From the NCBI GenBank assembly GCA_010093745.1, contig MU005988.1, forward strand, positions 1-64,000: a DNA stretch of 64,000 nt, written 5' to 3'. The position numbers were made by a program, and so were the translations under genes. This DNA comes from Piedraia hortae CBS 480.64 (Eukaryota). Below, piece after piece: positions 1 through 10,402 of this stretch (positions are counted from its first letter, which is position 1; each line of letters starts with the position of its first letter). A model generated the notes under the pieces. It did no database searches, was not told the origin of the DNA, and saw nothing but the letters and a program-made list of their open reading frames with translations.

Positions 1-192
1 AGAGATTTGTATGCAGGTACACATCTGCTCACAATTATAATAAGGAATCACAAAATACGTGCGGTCCGGGCCGGGCCGAAATGTGGGGCCAGTCTACGTC
101 TACCCTCTCACTAAAATGACAATAGACCCAGGATTACAGGTACTGTTCTTGATTCTATTCACCGTCTCCCTATGCCTACAGGTTATGAGTCC
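1..192 (+). mobile_element. Probable 3' end of a Ty1/copia LTR plus primer-binding site (degenerate element)
   Basis: ...CCTACA ends at 180 and is followed directly by GGTTATGAGTCC (181-192), one mismatch from GGTTATGAGCCC, the fungal copia PBS complementary to the tRNA-iMet anticodon region. No intact gag/pol follows. Confidence 0.5.
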
Positions 193-1097
193 AGCATTGG
201 CCAATCTTGTGCACAATGGGAAAGGGATGTCCTACAGGGCCCTATAACAACCCTGTCCGCCTTGCGCTGCCAAGGGGGGGAAGCCTATACCAGTTTCGCT
301 TGAAGTTTACATGAGAACTTTCATGGCTTGACATCTCAGGCCAGGCGCTCGGGAAAAAGTGCGCTCATTAGTCATCAATTTATTCAAGATGTCCATGTCG
401 CACACATGGACCTTTATATCGGGGAAGGTGAAAAGTCTCCCATTAGACGAAGTAATTGCGCTCACCGCACAGCAAGCAACCATTAGAAAAATGGGCAAGC
501 GAAGAAGGGATGTTGGACAAACCGCGATAATATCCAACATCGAGGACCCCGCGCATTCAGACTGCCCCTCGGATGGTGTTTGCTAAGTCGTGATGGGGTG
601 GGCCCGACGAATGCGGAGAGCAGAAAGTGCTCTTACGACGATGACAGGAGAATCTGCAGGGACTTTAGTGGGTATGAGAGATAAGTTATCTACTGCAGAG
701 GAATGATCGTACATGAGATTCAGTGACGGCACTTGATGGCAGTGAAGCTCTGCTAAATGAGCTTGGGAATGTGAGAGCGTCAATTAAATTAAGCTGGCCT
801 ACTCACCCTCCAAGAAGATGGTCCATAAACTCTACTCTAGACAAGGCAATCTCATTACCACGTTGCACGTTGCCATCTGACGGCTATCATCTGCATACTA
901 CATAAACAAGACCCATACTGAAACACTCAATGAAAAGTCAAAGCAGTTAAAGAGACAAAGAAAAGTCACCATCGTATCCTACACCAGCAGCACGCCACCA
1001 TAGGTTTCATTGACCAACGACACCAGTAAACAAGACTTTCATCCGACAAGCAAGCTCATAAAGCTCGCCAACTCCAGCACTGCACTTAACCGGCATC

Positions 1098-2756
1098 TCA
1101 ATTTCCCTTCGTCTTCAACGCCCACTTCCTGATCCCAACAATCGGATTTACTGGCTCACCAGCGCGAGCAGGAGCGAAGAAGCAATGATGCCTAATCGGC
1201 GCACGCAGGAACTCCAGCATAAAGTCATAGATGCCCTTGACCTCGCCCCAGACATATCCCGTCACCTCTCCAATCTCCATTGGATCCCAGTCGGCGCGGC
1301 TCAAAGCCTTACGAGCAAGAAACACCGACGCAGTGGCGATAGCTGAGGGCCTGTATCCAATGAACCCAACGTCTAAACAACTGATCTGCGCGATCGCTTT
1401 GGCGGCGGTGTGAACTTCGTCGTCCGGCTTGCCATCTACCTTGGAGAAACGGGAGAGGAAGTTGTGCGCCGTAGGGCACGAGAGGCGAAACTTAAGCACC
1501 TTGAGCATGGCCGCTTCGGACGTCAGGAACTCTGAGCGCGTGAACTTCTTGAAACAGATCTGCTCGCACCATTTCAGGTCAGGCATCTTGATGGTGGTGT
1601 ACTTGCAAGCGAGACGGAGGGCGGTGAAGAAGGCGAGCCAATAGGCCCTCTCGTCTACGGTTCTGATGGCGAGGAATCGATCTAGAATGTTCATCGTGAC
1701 GAGAAGTGTTTCAGCCGGGACGCGGAGCTGGGCGTTCAGCTTTAGAAGCCAGTTGTAAGCTTCGCCGCGAAGAGAGGAGCTGAGGTGCGGCTGCTTGTCG
1801 GGATAGTAATCCTCGGTAATCATCTCGCCTTCTAGCGTGGCAAGGTGCATGAGGAGCTCGTCGCCGTATTCGGCGAGATATTTTTCATCGTCAAAACCAT
1901 CTATGTCGATGGGCTCGGGAAGGGCTTTGGTTGACAAAGGGGTGTCGTGGAGAATTGGGGGAGGAGTAGGCGAGTAGTGGAGCTCTGGCGACGGAGAGTC
2001 TGAAGAAATCGCAATGGGCCTAAGCTCTGGTGTCTCCGCCGGTGCAGAAGCGTGCCCGATGGACTTTCCTGAGACGCCTCCAGTTTTGCCCGACTTGACT
2101 GACACTGCCGCCTGCTGCGTGGCATGACATCTCTTCGCGACTGACTCCAGCGAGTCGGAAGACTTGCGCTTCTTAGACGTACCTCCGGTGGTCGCAACAG
2201 ACGCGATGCTATGGCGCACTTTGCCATTTCTGAGAATCTTGGGCGATTCGTCGACGGCTCCAGTCGCATTTACAGCAACTGCCTTCGTATCACTCCCGGT
2301 CTGCTTCGAATATTTGGTCTCCTCGCCACGCCTATTCGTCAGAGCTGCCTTGCCCTTCTGCACGGACTTCTTACCCATCGATGTGGGCTGAATGTCAAAA
2401 GTTGCAGCGATTGCCTGCTCATCACCTTTGGTCTTCGCTGGGGCTTTGGCTACTATCGCGATCTTCGCCGACTTGAGCTTGCCTGTCCTGCCCTTGGCGA
2501 TACCGACAGGTTTGTGGCTATCAGCTAGCGTGCGCTTCCCTTTGGAAACCTTGGGCACGTTGGTGACATCCTGGAGCGCTGCAGTCTTGCACGAGAGAAC
2601 AGGCGAAACGGGATTCAGCAGCTCATGCACCTTAAGCGGTGCCTTATCAGCGTAGACGCCCAGAGTAGACTTCTTCGTCATAGTATCCTTCTGCTGAGAG
2701 CGCGTGTTCATGCGCGGCGGTGAAGCCACACGCTGGCTGACACACATCTTTGCCAT
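1098..2756 (-). CDS. Divergent B-type-like cyclin (552 aa, single exon)
   Basis: Long basic, low-complexity N-terminus, then cyclin N and C folds: EYGDELLMHL, YNWLL...ETLLVTMNILDRFL, LACKY, SEAAMLKVLKFRLSCPTAHNFLSRFSK, FIGYRPSAIATASVFLARKAL. Confidence 0.9.
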   Translation of the reverse strand: MAKMCVSQRVASPPRMNTRSQQKDTMTKKSTLGVYADKAPLKVHELLNPVSPVLSCKTAALQDVTNVPKVSKGKRTLADSHKPVGIAKGRTGKLKSAKIAIVAKAPAKTKGDEQAIAATFDIQPTSMGKKSVQKGKAALTNRRGEETKYSKQTGSDTKAVAVNATGAVDESPKILRNGKVRHSIASVATTGGTSKKRKSSDSLESVAKRCHATQQAAVSVKSGKTGGVSGKSIGHASAPAETPELRPIAISSDSPSPELHYSPTPPPILHDTPLSTKALPEPIDIDGFDDEKYLAEYGDELLMHLATLEGEMITEDYYPDKQPHLSSSLRGEAYNWLLKLNAQLRVPAETLLVTMNILDRFLAIRTVDERAYWLAFFTALRLACKYTTIKMPDLKWCEQICFKKFTRSEFLTSEAAMLKVLKFRLSCPTAHNFLSRFSKVDGKPDDEVHTAAKAIAQISCLDVGFIGYRPSAIATASVFLARKALSRADWDPMEIGEVTGYVWGEVKGIYDFMLEFLRAPIRHHCFFAPARAGEPVNPIVGIRKWALKTKGN

Positions 2757-2879
2757 TTCGTTGGAAAGTTGTAAGCTGATTTGTGTGTAACGATGCGTTC
2801 GTACTGTGTGTTGAAACGGTCGCCGTGCGGTGACGCAGAGAGTATTGGTTGCAGAGAAAGTGTGGGAGGAAGAGGAGTA

Positions 2880-2941
2880 ACGCGTGGAAATTACACGCGC
2901 AGTGCGTGGTGAGCTTTTTGAAGCCTAACGTCATTACGCGA
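2880..2941. promoter_or_regulatory. Cluster of MCB-like elements upstream of the cyclin
   Basis: ACGCGT at 2880-2885, ACGCG at 2895-2899 and ACGCGA at 2936-2941, 124-185 nt upstream of the ATG. Confidence 0.5.
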
Positions 2942-3781
2942 CGAAACAACACACAGGTTTGGGGCCACTTACCAGATTGGTCAACGCATATTTCATTGGG
3001 GGGTCAACTTACCTAAGCAGTGGCTGCCTTTTCTGACCCCTGCTTACGCAACTTCAACTTGCAATAATCAACCTAAAGGTTCAGATCTTCAAGCATCTAA
3101 GTTATGAGCTCAGCGCGTCAAGGCTCATGGAGGAGGTGGAAGGACATATGTAAAAGCAGCGACATGATTTAGAGTACATATACATTATCCAGCCACTGAT
3201 ATACAAAGACCACTGGCCACTTCATTGCCTGCCCTCTTAATATACCGAACCATGTGGTTTGTCCCCTATCTGTCAAGCTACGAATGCAGTCAGCCTAAAG
3301 TATCAACCAGACAACAGTTTCGATGTCTCTTGGCCCGTTCCCTGCTCCCGATATGACAAATTGTACCCGGTACTTTGTCAGATAAGCTCCAGCTACTACT
3401 AGCATCACGACGAATGAAGGCTAACGTTGTCAGTCGACTCTGCCAAGCAGGACTACCCAAGGTTGAATAATAGCCCCGAATCCTATAGTTACGCCTTCGT
3501 GGCAGGCTAGCACATCGAAATTTTCGCAGGCTGCAGAATAACTGCAGTTAGTCTATTTTCCAGAAGTGCTTGACGAAAAGCAGTATGCTCGAAGGATTAT
3601 GCGAACACAAGAGAAGATGGATCAACTGACTGCTGAAGGTGCGATATCGATATAAAAACCATTCGCATGCGTAGCTATCCACGATCCTTTTCTACCTCTC
3701 GTACTCAACAACCACAAATCCAACGCCCCACAAACCAAAACCCATCCCTAAATCAACACCTACCCCCCTAAATCCCACCAC

Positions 3782-4565
3782 CTACCTCGGCATCCGCCTA
3801 AACACCATAGACGGCAAATCCGTATCTGCATACGGATGTGTGGGACCGGAGCTTCTCATCTCCTGCATAACATCAAAACACAGAACCGGATCATCCCTAA
3901 TCAGCTGCGCAATCCCCGGTTTTTCAAGCAGCATATCCCTCCTCGATAACAACTTAATAATACTCTTCCTAAGCGGATTCTTCTCGTTGGGGAGGATAGT
4001 GCACGCGAGTTCGATTGCGTCTTTGACGCCGTCTGACTCACAGTTCCGGCCGAGGGCTTTGTTGAACTTCTCGATTGATGCTTTTTCAAGCAAGGGGAAT
4101 TGATACTTCAACGCTGCCGCGTAGACTTTTACGTGGGGTGAGATTACCTGTTCGCTGTCGGAGAGGTGATAGTGCGATTTTGTGTTGAGGTTAGGAGGGG
4201 TGGACTCGTCCAGGCTGTAATCGTTGTAATATGCGAATTGGACTAGGATACGGATGGTATCGGGGTCATCACGGCCACGGAGGATATCCTCGTCTTTCAC
4301 TGCTGCTTGCAGCTCTAGACAGCGGCTACGGCCTTCCTGAATCCTGTGGTTAGCGTGGGAGTTTAGCAGGTGCAGGAGGGCTTGCTCTGAAGTTGTCCAG
4401 GCGCCGGAAATACTCGCACTGTGCGCTTAAGTAGGCCTTGTGTACCGCAAACGCATAATGCCCGCAGGTAATTGTAAAGTCGGTCTCTAAACCGCTTTCA
4501 TAGAGGTCTATCATTCCATAGCGCGATGCGTTCGGGCTGATTTTTGAACTCTCGTTTGATGGCAT
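3782..4565 (-). CDS. BTB/POZ domain protein (2 exons: 4565-4386 and 4336-3782)
   Basis: TDFTITCGHYAFAVHKAYLSAQCEYF...FR|EG...DDPDTIRILVQFAY...HVKVYAAALKYQFPLLEKASIEKF is a typical fungal BTB pattern. The exons join in frame through a 49-nt intron with a CTAAC branch site. Confidence 0.85.
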
Positions 4566-5042
4566 TTTGCCAGAGCTGTGGTTCTGTGTATGGGAAGAAG
4601 AGGATCGGAGATTGCAATAAAACCCCAGGGGTAGTTAAAAAATTTATGAGTGAACGCATGGCGCGAAAGTGAGTGTGTAATATTGGGTGTTGGAAGTCAT
4701 ATTTGTGCACAGAAAGATTCTGGCGCAAGCACCAGAACTAGCTTATACAGACGATATGCAAGTGCAGATAACCTTTTGCGCAGGCTTGTGGCAGCAACCG
4801 ATCGGGTGTCAGAGGGAATGGCTTGAAGTGTTCTGGCGTGGGTGGTCCGCCAAGAAAAACCGTTTTAGTAACCGTATTCGGACTAGCGCGCCGATGACCC
4901 ACGCACTTTGACTTCCGTGAGCGCTAGGCCTGCTTGGGATTGCAACTAGATGGAGCAAGAAGTCCAGATGGAATTGAGCTTGCTGCTGGTATGGCTGCGT
5001 TTCGGGTACCTGAGATAGCCTATGTTCTTCTTCCTTATCTTC

Positions 5043-5419
5043 TGAAGAAGACAGATAGTATGTATGAGTGAGAACGATGGATGGAAAGTAGAGATGTGTT
5101 TTATGAGTGAAATACAAGTATACCTTCGAGGGAACATCAGAGAATATATTCTGGGCTGGAAGGCCCGTGCGTAGCCTCGTATGAAGGGTCATCAATTGTA
5201 TGACCATAAGCAAGTGGTCATACATGCAGTAAGACTGTCAGCATGCAGTCTTACTCCTTGACTCACCTCATAACAGTCGCAGGGCGCATTCACCATGTCG
5301 CATGCGACATGAACCTGAGGGAAACCTCTGTGAGGACAAAACCTAGGGTGCAGCTGCTGGTGTAAGAGGTGTCGCGCAGTGGCATCGTACACTGATAGCA
5401 ACGAGACTTCATGCCAACA
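5043..5419. mobile_element. Solo LTR (377 bp) with 5-bp target-site duplication
   Basis: Begins TG (5043) and ends CCAACA (5419). Flanked by TCTTC at 5038-5042 and 5420-5424. Positions 5084-5419 recur at 57909-58242. Confidence 0.8.
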
Positions 5420-6019
5420 TCTTCTTCGTTCATGCAAACATTAGACTCATCCCAATGGACCTTACTACTGCGGACACAGCGGCTGCTTGACGCTCGAACT
5501 ATGGTATCCGGCTTTTCCGTAATGATTGGGATCCTTGACGCTATGTTAAAAAACCGCGAGCATAGCTTCAGCTAGTCGTCGGCATAGGAACGCTCATGGA
5601 GTCCATCTATGACGATTTAGGTGGATGCTTCGTACGCCAGAGTCTCGCTCAGCTGGATGTCTAGCAGTCTCAGGGCATTATCCTGAGATCTTTGTTGAAT
5701 AGTGACACCATGTTAGAAGATGAGCGGGGCATATACTACTTCATAGCTCGTGATGCTGTCCACCACACTGCTGGCACCTCACATGCTGTCGGGAGTGCCT
5801 GCACTGGAATATTGGCTCATGGCTAGCTGCCCGTGACCGCCCTGTGCGGCGCACCTTGCCTGTTGATCTTCAAATGCCATGTATTCATTGAAGCGACGGC
5901 GACAGTCTGTGGACTATTTCTCAAACTGTGTCCTGGTTATTTTCGTCTTGACGACCCGGTCCGCCTGTAGAATATGGTAGGATGGCCGACCATTCTGAAG
6001 ACAAAAAGAAACGACCAGC

Positions 6020-6535
6020 ATGTCCTCACCCAGTCAGAGCGATTGCATCTGCTGCGAGCAGGTCGCGCCACCCAGGGTAAACAAACCTACGCCTGGGCAG
6101 CTACCATTTTGTTCAGCAGGCGCGAGAGCTCTGCCAGCACATGGTTGACGCCGTGCTCGACGTGGACGAATTCAAGAACATCGTTGACGAGGGGACAGAT
6201 TGCGTAGATGATCAGCGTGGCCGGTATGTCTGTCGTGGGTGGAGTAGTCATCTTGCTTAAGCGGTGTTCCCCCGAGCCAAGGAAAGGAAAACAATCTTGA
6301 AACGGACTCGACGGTGGTCAACAGCGCTGGCCCAAGAACAGTCAACCTCACCCATCGTCCCGAGGAATTGGCAATCGGACGCGTCTCGGTGCCGGCTCCA
6401 GACCTCATGAGGAGAATCAACGTTGAAGCTCCATCCACCGCCTTGAGTGCGATAGAACGTGCAATCCTTCCGAGAGCAGGTCAATCGGAGATGGTGACCA
6501 ACTTCACTCATATTGTCGAAAACAAAACTCACTGA
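6020..6535 (+). CDS. Possible small orphan gene (3 exons)
   Basis: ATG at 6020. Removing two short GT..AG segments (GTAAAC..CAG, about 43 nt; GTATGT..AAG, 38 nt) gives one frame running into ORF 6314-6535. No recognisable domain, and the branch sites are weak. Confidence 0.3.
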
Positions 6536-7324
6536 GCGGTTTTCCGGCTTTCATTGTGTGAACTGCACCAGCGTCCCAAGCTCTTTTTACCTCAGGACTG
6601 CTTCATTGGGACGACATCACGCTCCTGCAACACATTGGCGAATGCGGCCGACCACCTGCCAGAGAGGGCTTTGATGTTAAGGTCTTTCCTCGGGTATTCT
6701 TCTTTTTCGCCCAACTCAGATATACACAAGATACTCGACCGGGTTCCATAAATGTGTGTGTCAATTCAAGTGGGTCACACAAAGTGTGATGGCGAGTTAA
6801 AAAAGCTCCGAGCGCCAGGCAACCAATTCGCTGCAACTACCTAAGCAAGGAAACGAGACCGGGCGACCAACCTTCTGAAAATCAGGGTTTGGAGCTTCGT
6901 AAGGCGAGTGTAGCGTGCACTGGTCGTAAGTCAGCGGGTTCAGATGGGTTTCCCTTGTCAATAATATATGATGACTTATAACTGGAATCAGTATGTACGA
7001 GGAGGCTGTGGTTGAGTCTGGACAAGCTGACGACAGGGAGAAGTGGGCTAATTTGTGAAGCAGGTCAACGCGTGTCACGAATCATGTAGATGAAAACATG
7101 AGGCCACAGGTCTCAGTTAAATGCCCTGCACTTGGTATCTTGTAACGGACGAAGAAAGCGGCAAGCAGTCCGCTGCTCCCAGGCAAAGGGAATTGCGAAC
7201 GGCGTTCGAGACCGCCATAGATGCCGTACCTCTCAGTTCCAAATAGGATTACACGGTCTTGCTGGACGTTTATTTCATATATGTGCCAACGAATCTATGT
7301 GCCTATTGAACTCTCTACGGTGCG

Positions 7325-10300
7325 CTATGAAAACCAACTTTGCATCCATCTCGTCATCAACTCTTCATCAACAGCCTTCATCGATCCCAAGGTTGGGCTA
7401 ATCCTCACGGTTCGCTCGGTGGCCAGCGGCGGAAGCCCGCCCTCGGAAAATGCAAGTCCCTCGTAAAAGTCTCGCAACTTGACGGCTGGCACGCGCTTTG
7501 CATCTTCGGTTGTGGTCTGCACCTCCCGCAGCTTGGACAACCATTGCTCAAAGGACATCACCTCCACGCTCTTGCCTGTCATTTTCTCAATATGCGCAGC
7601 TACTGCAGGTGCCAATCGTTCCCACTTGATTGTTCGCGGATTGGTTAAATGCGCCACACTGCATGGCGCACCTCCGGCAGCGACCTCGCGCTGACGCGCA
7701 AGAGCCACTTCCACCACCGTCTTTCCGGCATCGTCGAGCGCCACCCAGTCCACGTTGTCGGAGTTACCAAGCTTATCAGGCAAGACTTGCATGGCTGCCG
7801 ACGATATGACCAAGCTAGGCAGCCACTCGTGTCGGTTCCACTCGATGCCACCGTCGCTTGGTCCTGCCAGCTGACCGGTGCGAATAATCGTCGACGGCAC
7901 GCCGGCCTGAGCTGATGCGGCTTCCAGGATTCGGCTGGCAACGTGCTTAGATTCGCCGTAACCCTGACCAGGCAGCGGCAGGTTATCGTCATGCATCATC
8001 TTCTCTGGAACCGGATAATCTTCTCTCCAGTTTCCAACGCTGGCAATGGAGGAGATGAAGACGACCTGTGCTCTCTTCTTGGATTCCAGACTGAAGTTCA
8101 CACAACGTCGAGTGCCGGCAATGTGTGTGCCCTCATACGAAGCAAGCGTCTTGTTGAAGTCGACGGCCCATGCATTGTGGATGATGATGTCGACTCTCTC
8201 GAGCATTTCGTGGTAGACGGCGGACGGGAGGCCAAAGTGCTCGCGACCAAAGTCAGCTTGAATGAATTTGACCCTCTGAAAATCCGCAGCAGCTCCACGC
8301 GCCTCGAAGCTATGCTTTTGTCGCGCCTCGGCGTCGGCGGATCGATTGAGACAGTAGACTTCAGACACGCGCATGTCGTTCAAGAGGGCTTGCAGGATGT
8401 AGTTGCCAAGTGAACCCGTTGTACCGGTCACCACTACTGTTACCGGACGCATAAAGTCCTGGATATACTTGTTGACCATGGCCTGCATGGCATCTGCTCG
8501 ACCAACTGTTGACTCACCCTCGGGACTTCCGGGCGATTTTATCCACCGGGCCAGACTCTCAATGGTTGGATGCGAGTAGACATCCTTGGGCGCAACTTGT
8601 CTAGCGGGGAGTGCATTAGAGAGCGCAGATGCCAGGGCCAGCACCTGTAGGGAGTCGACGCCGAAGCCAAAGAGATCGGCGTTGTCATCGGCATCGGTGG
8701 GGATGGCAAGGCCCTTGCTTGTGAACGTTTCCCGAAGATACTTCTTGATTTGATCTACATCAGCTGCCGGATCGAGCTTCTGCACCTTGGATGGGTCTTC
8801 GCCGCCCCCGTACAGAGCGTCAATCTCGGGCTGGAAGAGCTCAATAGTGCGCAGACGCTGAATGGAACCCTTGGGAGTACGCAAGAACGACTTTTCGCGG
8901 CTGGCAACGGCTACCTTTGAGCGCCAAACCTTTGCGTGGGTGGGAGAAGCTGCATTCGCCTGCTCAACCGAGGGCCATACGGCCTCGATAATGTCGGCCG
9001 CTGAGGTTTTGGGCTCCATGGCATCCCATCTCGGCTCGATGATGAGGGCCGTCTGGAATTGGCCCTGTCCCACGGCAAGGGCACCACGGACCCATGGATG
9101 CGATGCAACGACAGATTCGAGGATGACTGGGTTGAACTTTTCGCCGTTATTGAGCACAATGATATCGTCTTTGCGTCCGCGATACTTCCACAAGTTCTTG
9201 TGCTCCGGATGGGCCGACCAGAGATCGCTGGTGCGCCACTCGCTGAGCTCTGGAAAAACCATGAAGACTGTCTGGTATGCTTCGAGCTTCGGGTCCCTCT
9301 TGATGACCAATTCATGGAACTCTCCCGCATCGGGTTCCATGACGGTTCCAGCTATGGGAGCCCAGTCAATGTACTGCCAGTCCCTGGGGTCTTTGATCAA
9401 GATGGTGGGTATAAAGCCCATCTCCGTCGATCCATAACAGGAAAGGACGCGAGTGACGGTACTGATGCGCTCGCCGCTTTCAAAGTCCAAAGGAGCACCT
9501 CCGAAGAAGACATAGTCCAGGCATGACAATGCTTTCAAGTTCTGGTCCTCGCGAGCGATTTGCTCCAGAATGCTGGGTGCGAATACCCCCACGTTGGGAC
9601 GTGTCTGTTGGATGGCATCGACAATGAGCTGAGCATTGATGGGCCGCTCAGGAGGAAGCTGAATGACGGACACTCGGTTGAGCAGACTGCCCAGAATGAC
9701 CGCACAGCCCATGACGTGGAAGAACGGCGCCATGGTGAAGACCGACTGACCAGAGCCGGCAGGGAAGAGACACTCGAGCGTGTTGGGGCGTCCTGATGGA
9801 TTCGGCTGATTGCGCAGAGTCCGATAGGTGGCGATGCTCTCGTTTGTGAAGGAAATTGGCTTAGGATGTCCGGTGCTGCCACTGGTGTGGAGGATCAGGA
9901 CACGATGATCAGCGGCCGTGTTGTTGCGACTGACAAATGGACCGGAAGCATCTCGACCTAGTTGCAAGAGCGTGTCAAAGCCAGGAACTTGCAGAACCTT
10001 GAGCCTAGGACGAGCAGAGCGAGTTGCGTCGACGACCAGATCAATGTTGTCGCCATGAAGCAGGATATTGCAATCAGTTCGGTCGAGGATGGCGGCCTGG
10101 CCATCACGAGAGTTTCGGAGGGAGGGCAGGAGAGCTCGATAGCCCGTCTTGATGAGAGCTACAATGGCAACAACAAAGCGTGGATCGTTGAGGCCCATGT
10201 ATGCCACAACCCGGCCATCTCCAACGCCAATCTGCTTCTCGATCCAATAGCAAAGTCCGTCAACGGCTACGGCGAGGTCTTGATAGGTTACATCTTTCCA

Positions 10301-10402
10301 TCCCTGAGTGAGATCGGGATCCTTGGGGATGCGGACCCAAGTCTCGTATGGATTGGTGAGAGCGAGTCGCTCGACTACTTGAGGAATGGCAATGTCGGAC
10401 AT
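7325..10402 (-). CDS. NRPS-like A-T-R enzyme (carboxylic acid reductase type), 1025 aa
   Basis: Adenylation motifs LHTSGSTGHPK, YGSTE, WRTSDL and YRGRKDD; carrier motif LFGFGVDSL; terminal reductase motifs TGTTGSLG, IIHNAW and GYGESK. Confidence 0.95.
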   Translation of the reverse strand: MSDIAIPQVVERLALTNPYETWVRIPKDPDLTQGWKDVTYQDLAVAVDGLCYWIEKQIGVGDGRVVAYMGLNDPRFVVAIVALIKTGYRALLPSLRNSRDGQAAILDRTDCNILLHGDNIDLVVDATRSARPRLKVLQVPGFDTLLQLGRDASGPFVSRNNTAADHRVLILHTSGSTGHPKPISFTNESIATYRTLRNQPNPSGRPNTLECLFPAGSGQSVFTMAPFFHVMGCAVILGSLLNRVSVIQLPPERPINAQLIVDAIQQTRPNVGVFAPSILEQIAREDQNLKALSCLDYVFFGGAPLDFESGERISTVTRVLSCYGSTEMGFIPTILIKDPRDWQYIDWAPIAGTVMEPDAGEFHELVIKRDPKLEAYQTVFMVFPELSEWRTSDLWSAHPEHKNLWKYRGRKDDIIVLNNGEKFNPVILESVVASHPWVRGALAVGQGQFQTALIIEPRWDAMEPKTSAADIIEAVWPSVEQANAASPTHAKVWRSKVAVASREKSFLRTPKGSIQRLRTIELFQPEIDALYGGGEDPSKVQKLDPAADVDQIKKYLRETFTSKGLAIPTDADDNADLFGFGVDSLQVLALASALSNALPARQVAPKDVYSHPTIESLARWIKSPGSPEGESTVGRADAMQAMVNKYIQDFMRPVTVVVTGTTGSLGNYILQALLNDMRVSEVYCLNRSADAEARQKHSFEARGAAADFQRVKFIQADFGREHFGLPSAVYHEMLERVDIIIHNAWAVDFNKTLASYEGTHIAGTRRCVNFSLESKKRAQVVFISSIASVGNWREDYPVPEKMMHDDNLPLPGQGYGESKHVASRILEAASAQAGVPSTIIRTGQLAGPSDGGIEWNRHEWLPSLVISSAAMQVLPDKLGNSDNVDWVALDDAGKTVVEVALARQREVAAGGAPCSVAHLTNPRTIKWERLAPAVAAHIEKMTGKSVEVMSFEQWLSKLREVQTTTEDAKRVPAVKLRDFYEGLAFSEGGLPPLATERTVRISPTLGSMKAVDEELMTRWMQSWFS

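Noticed and set aside
2999..3042. ACTTACCT (U1 snRNA 5'-like) inside a GGGGTCA...TGACCCC inverted repeat
   Set aside because: No U1 stem-loop I/II sequences or properly placed Sm site could be recognised.
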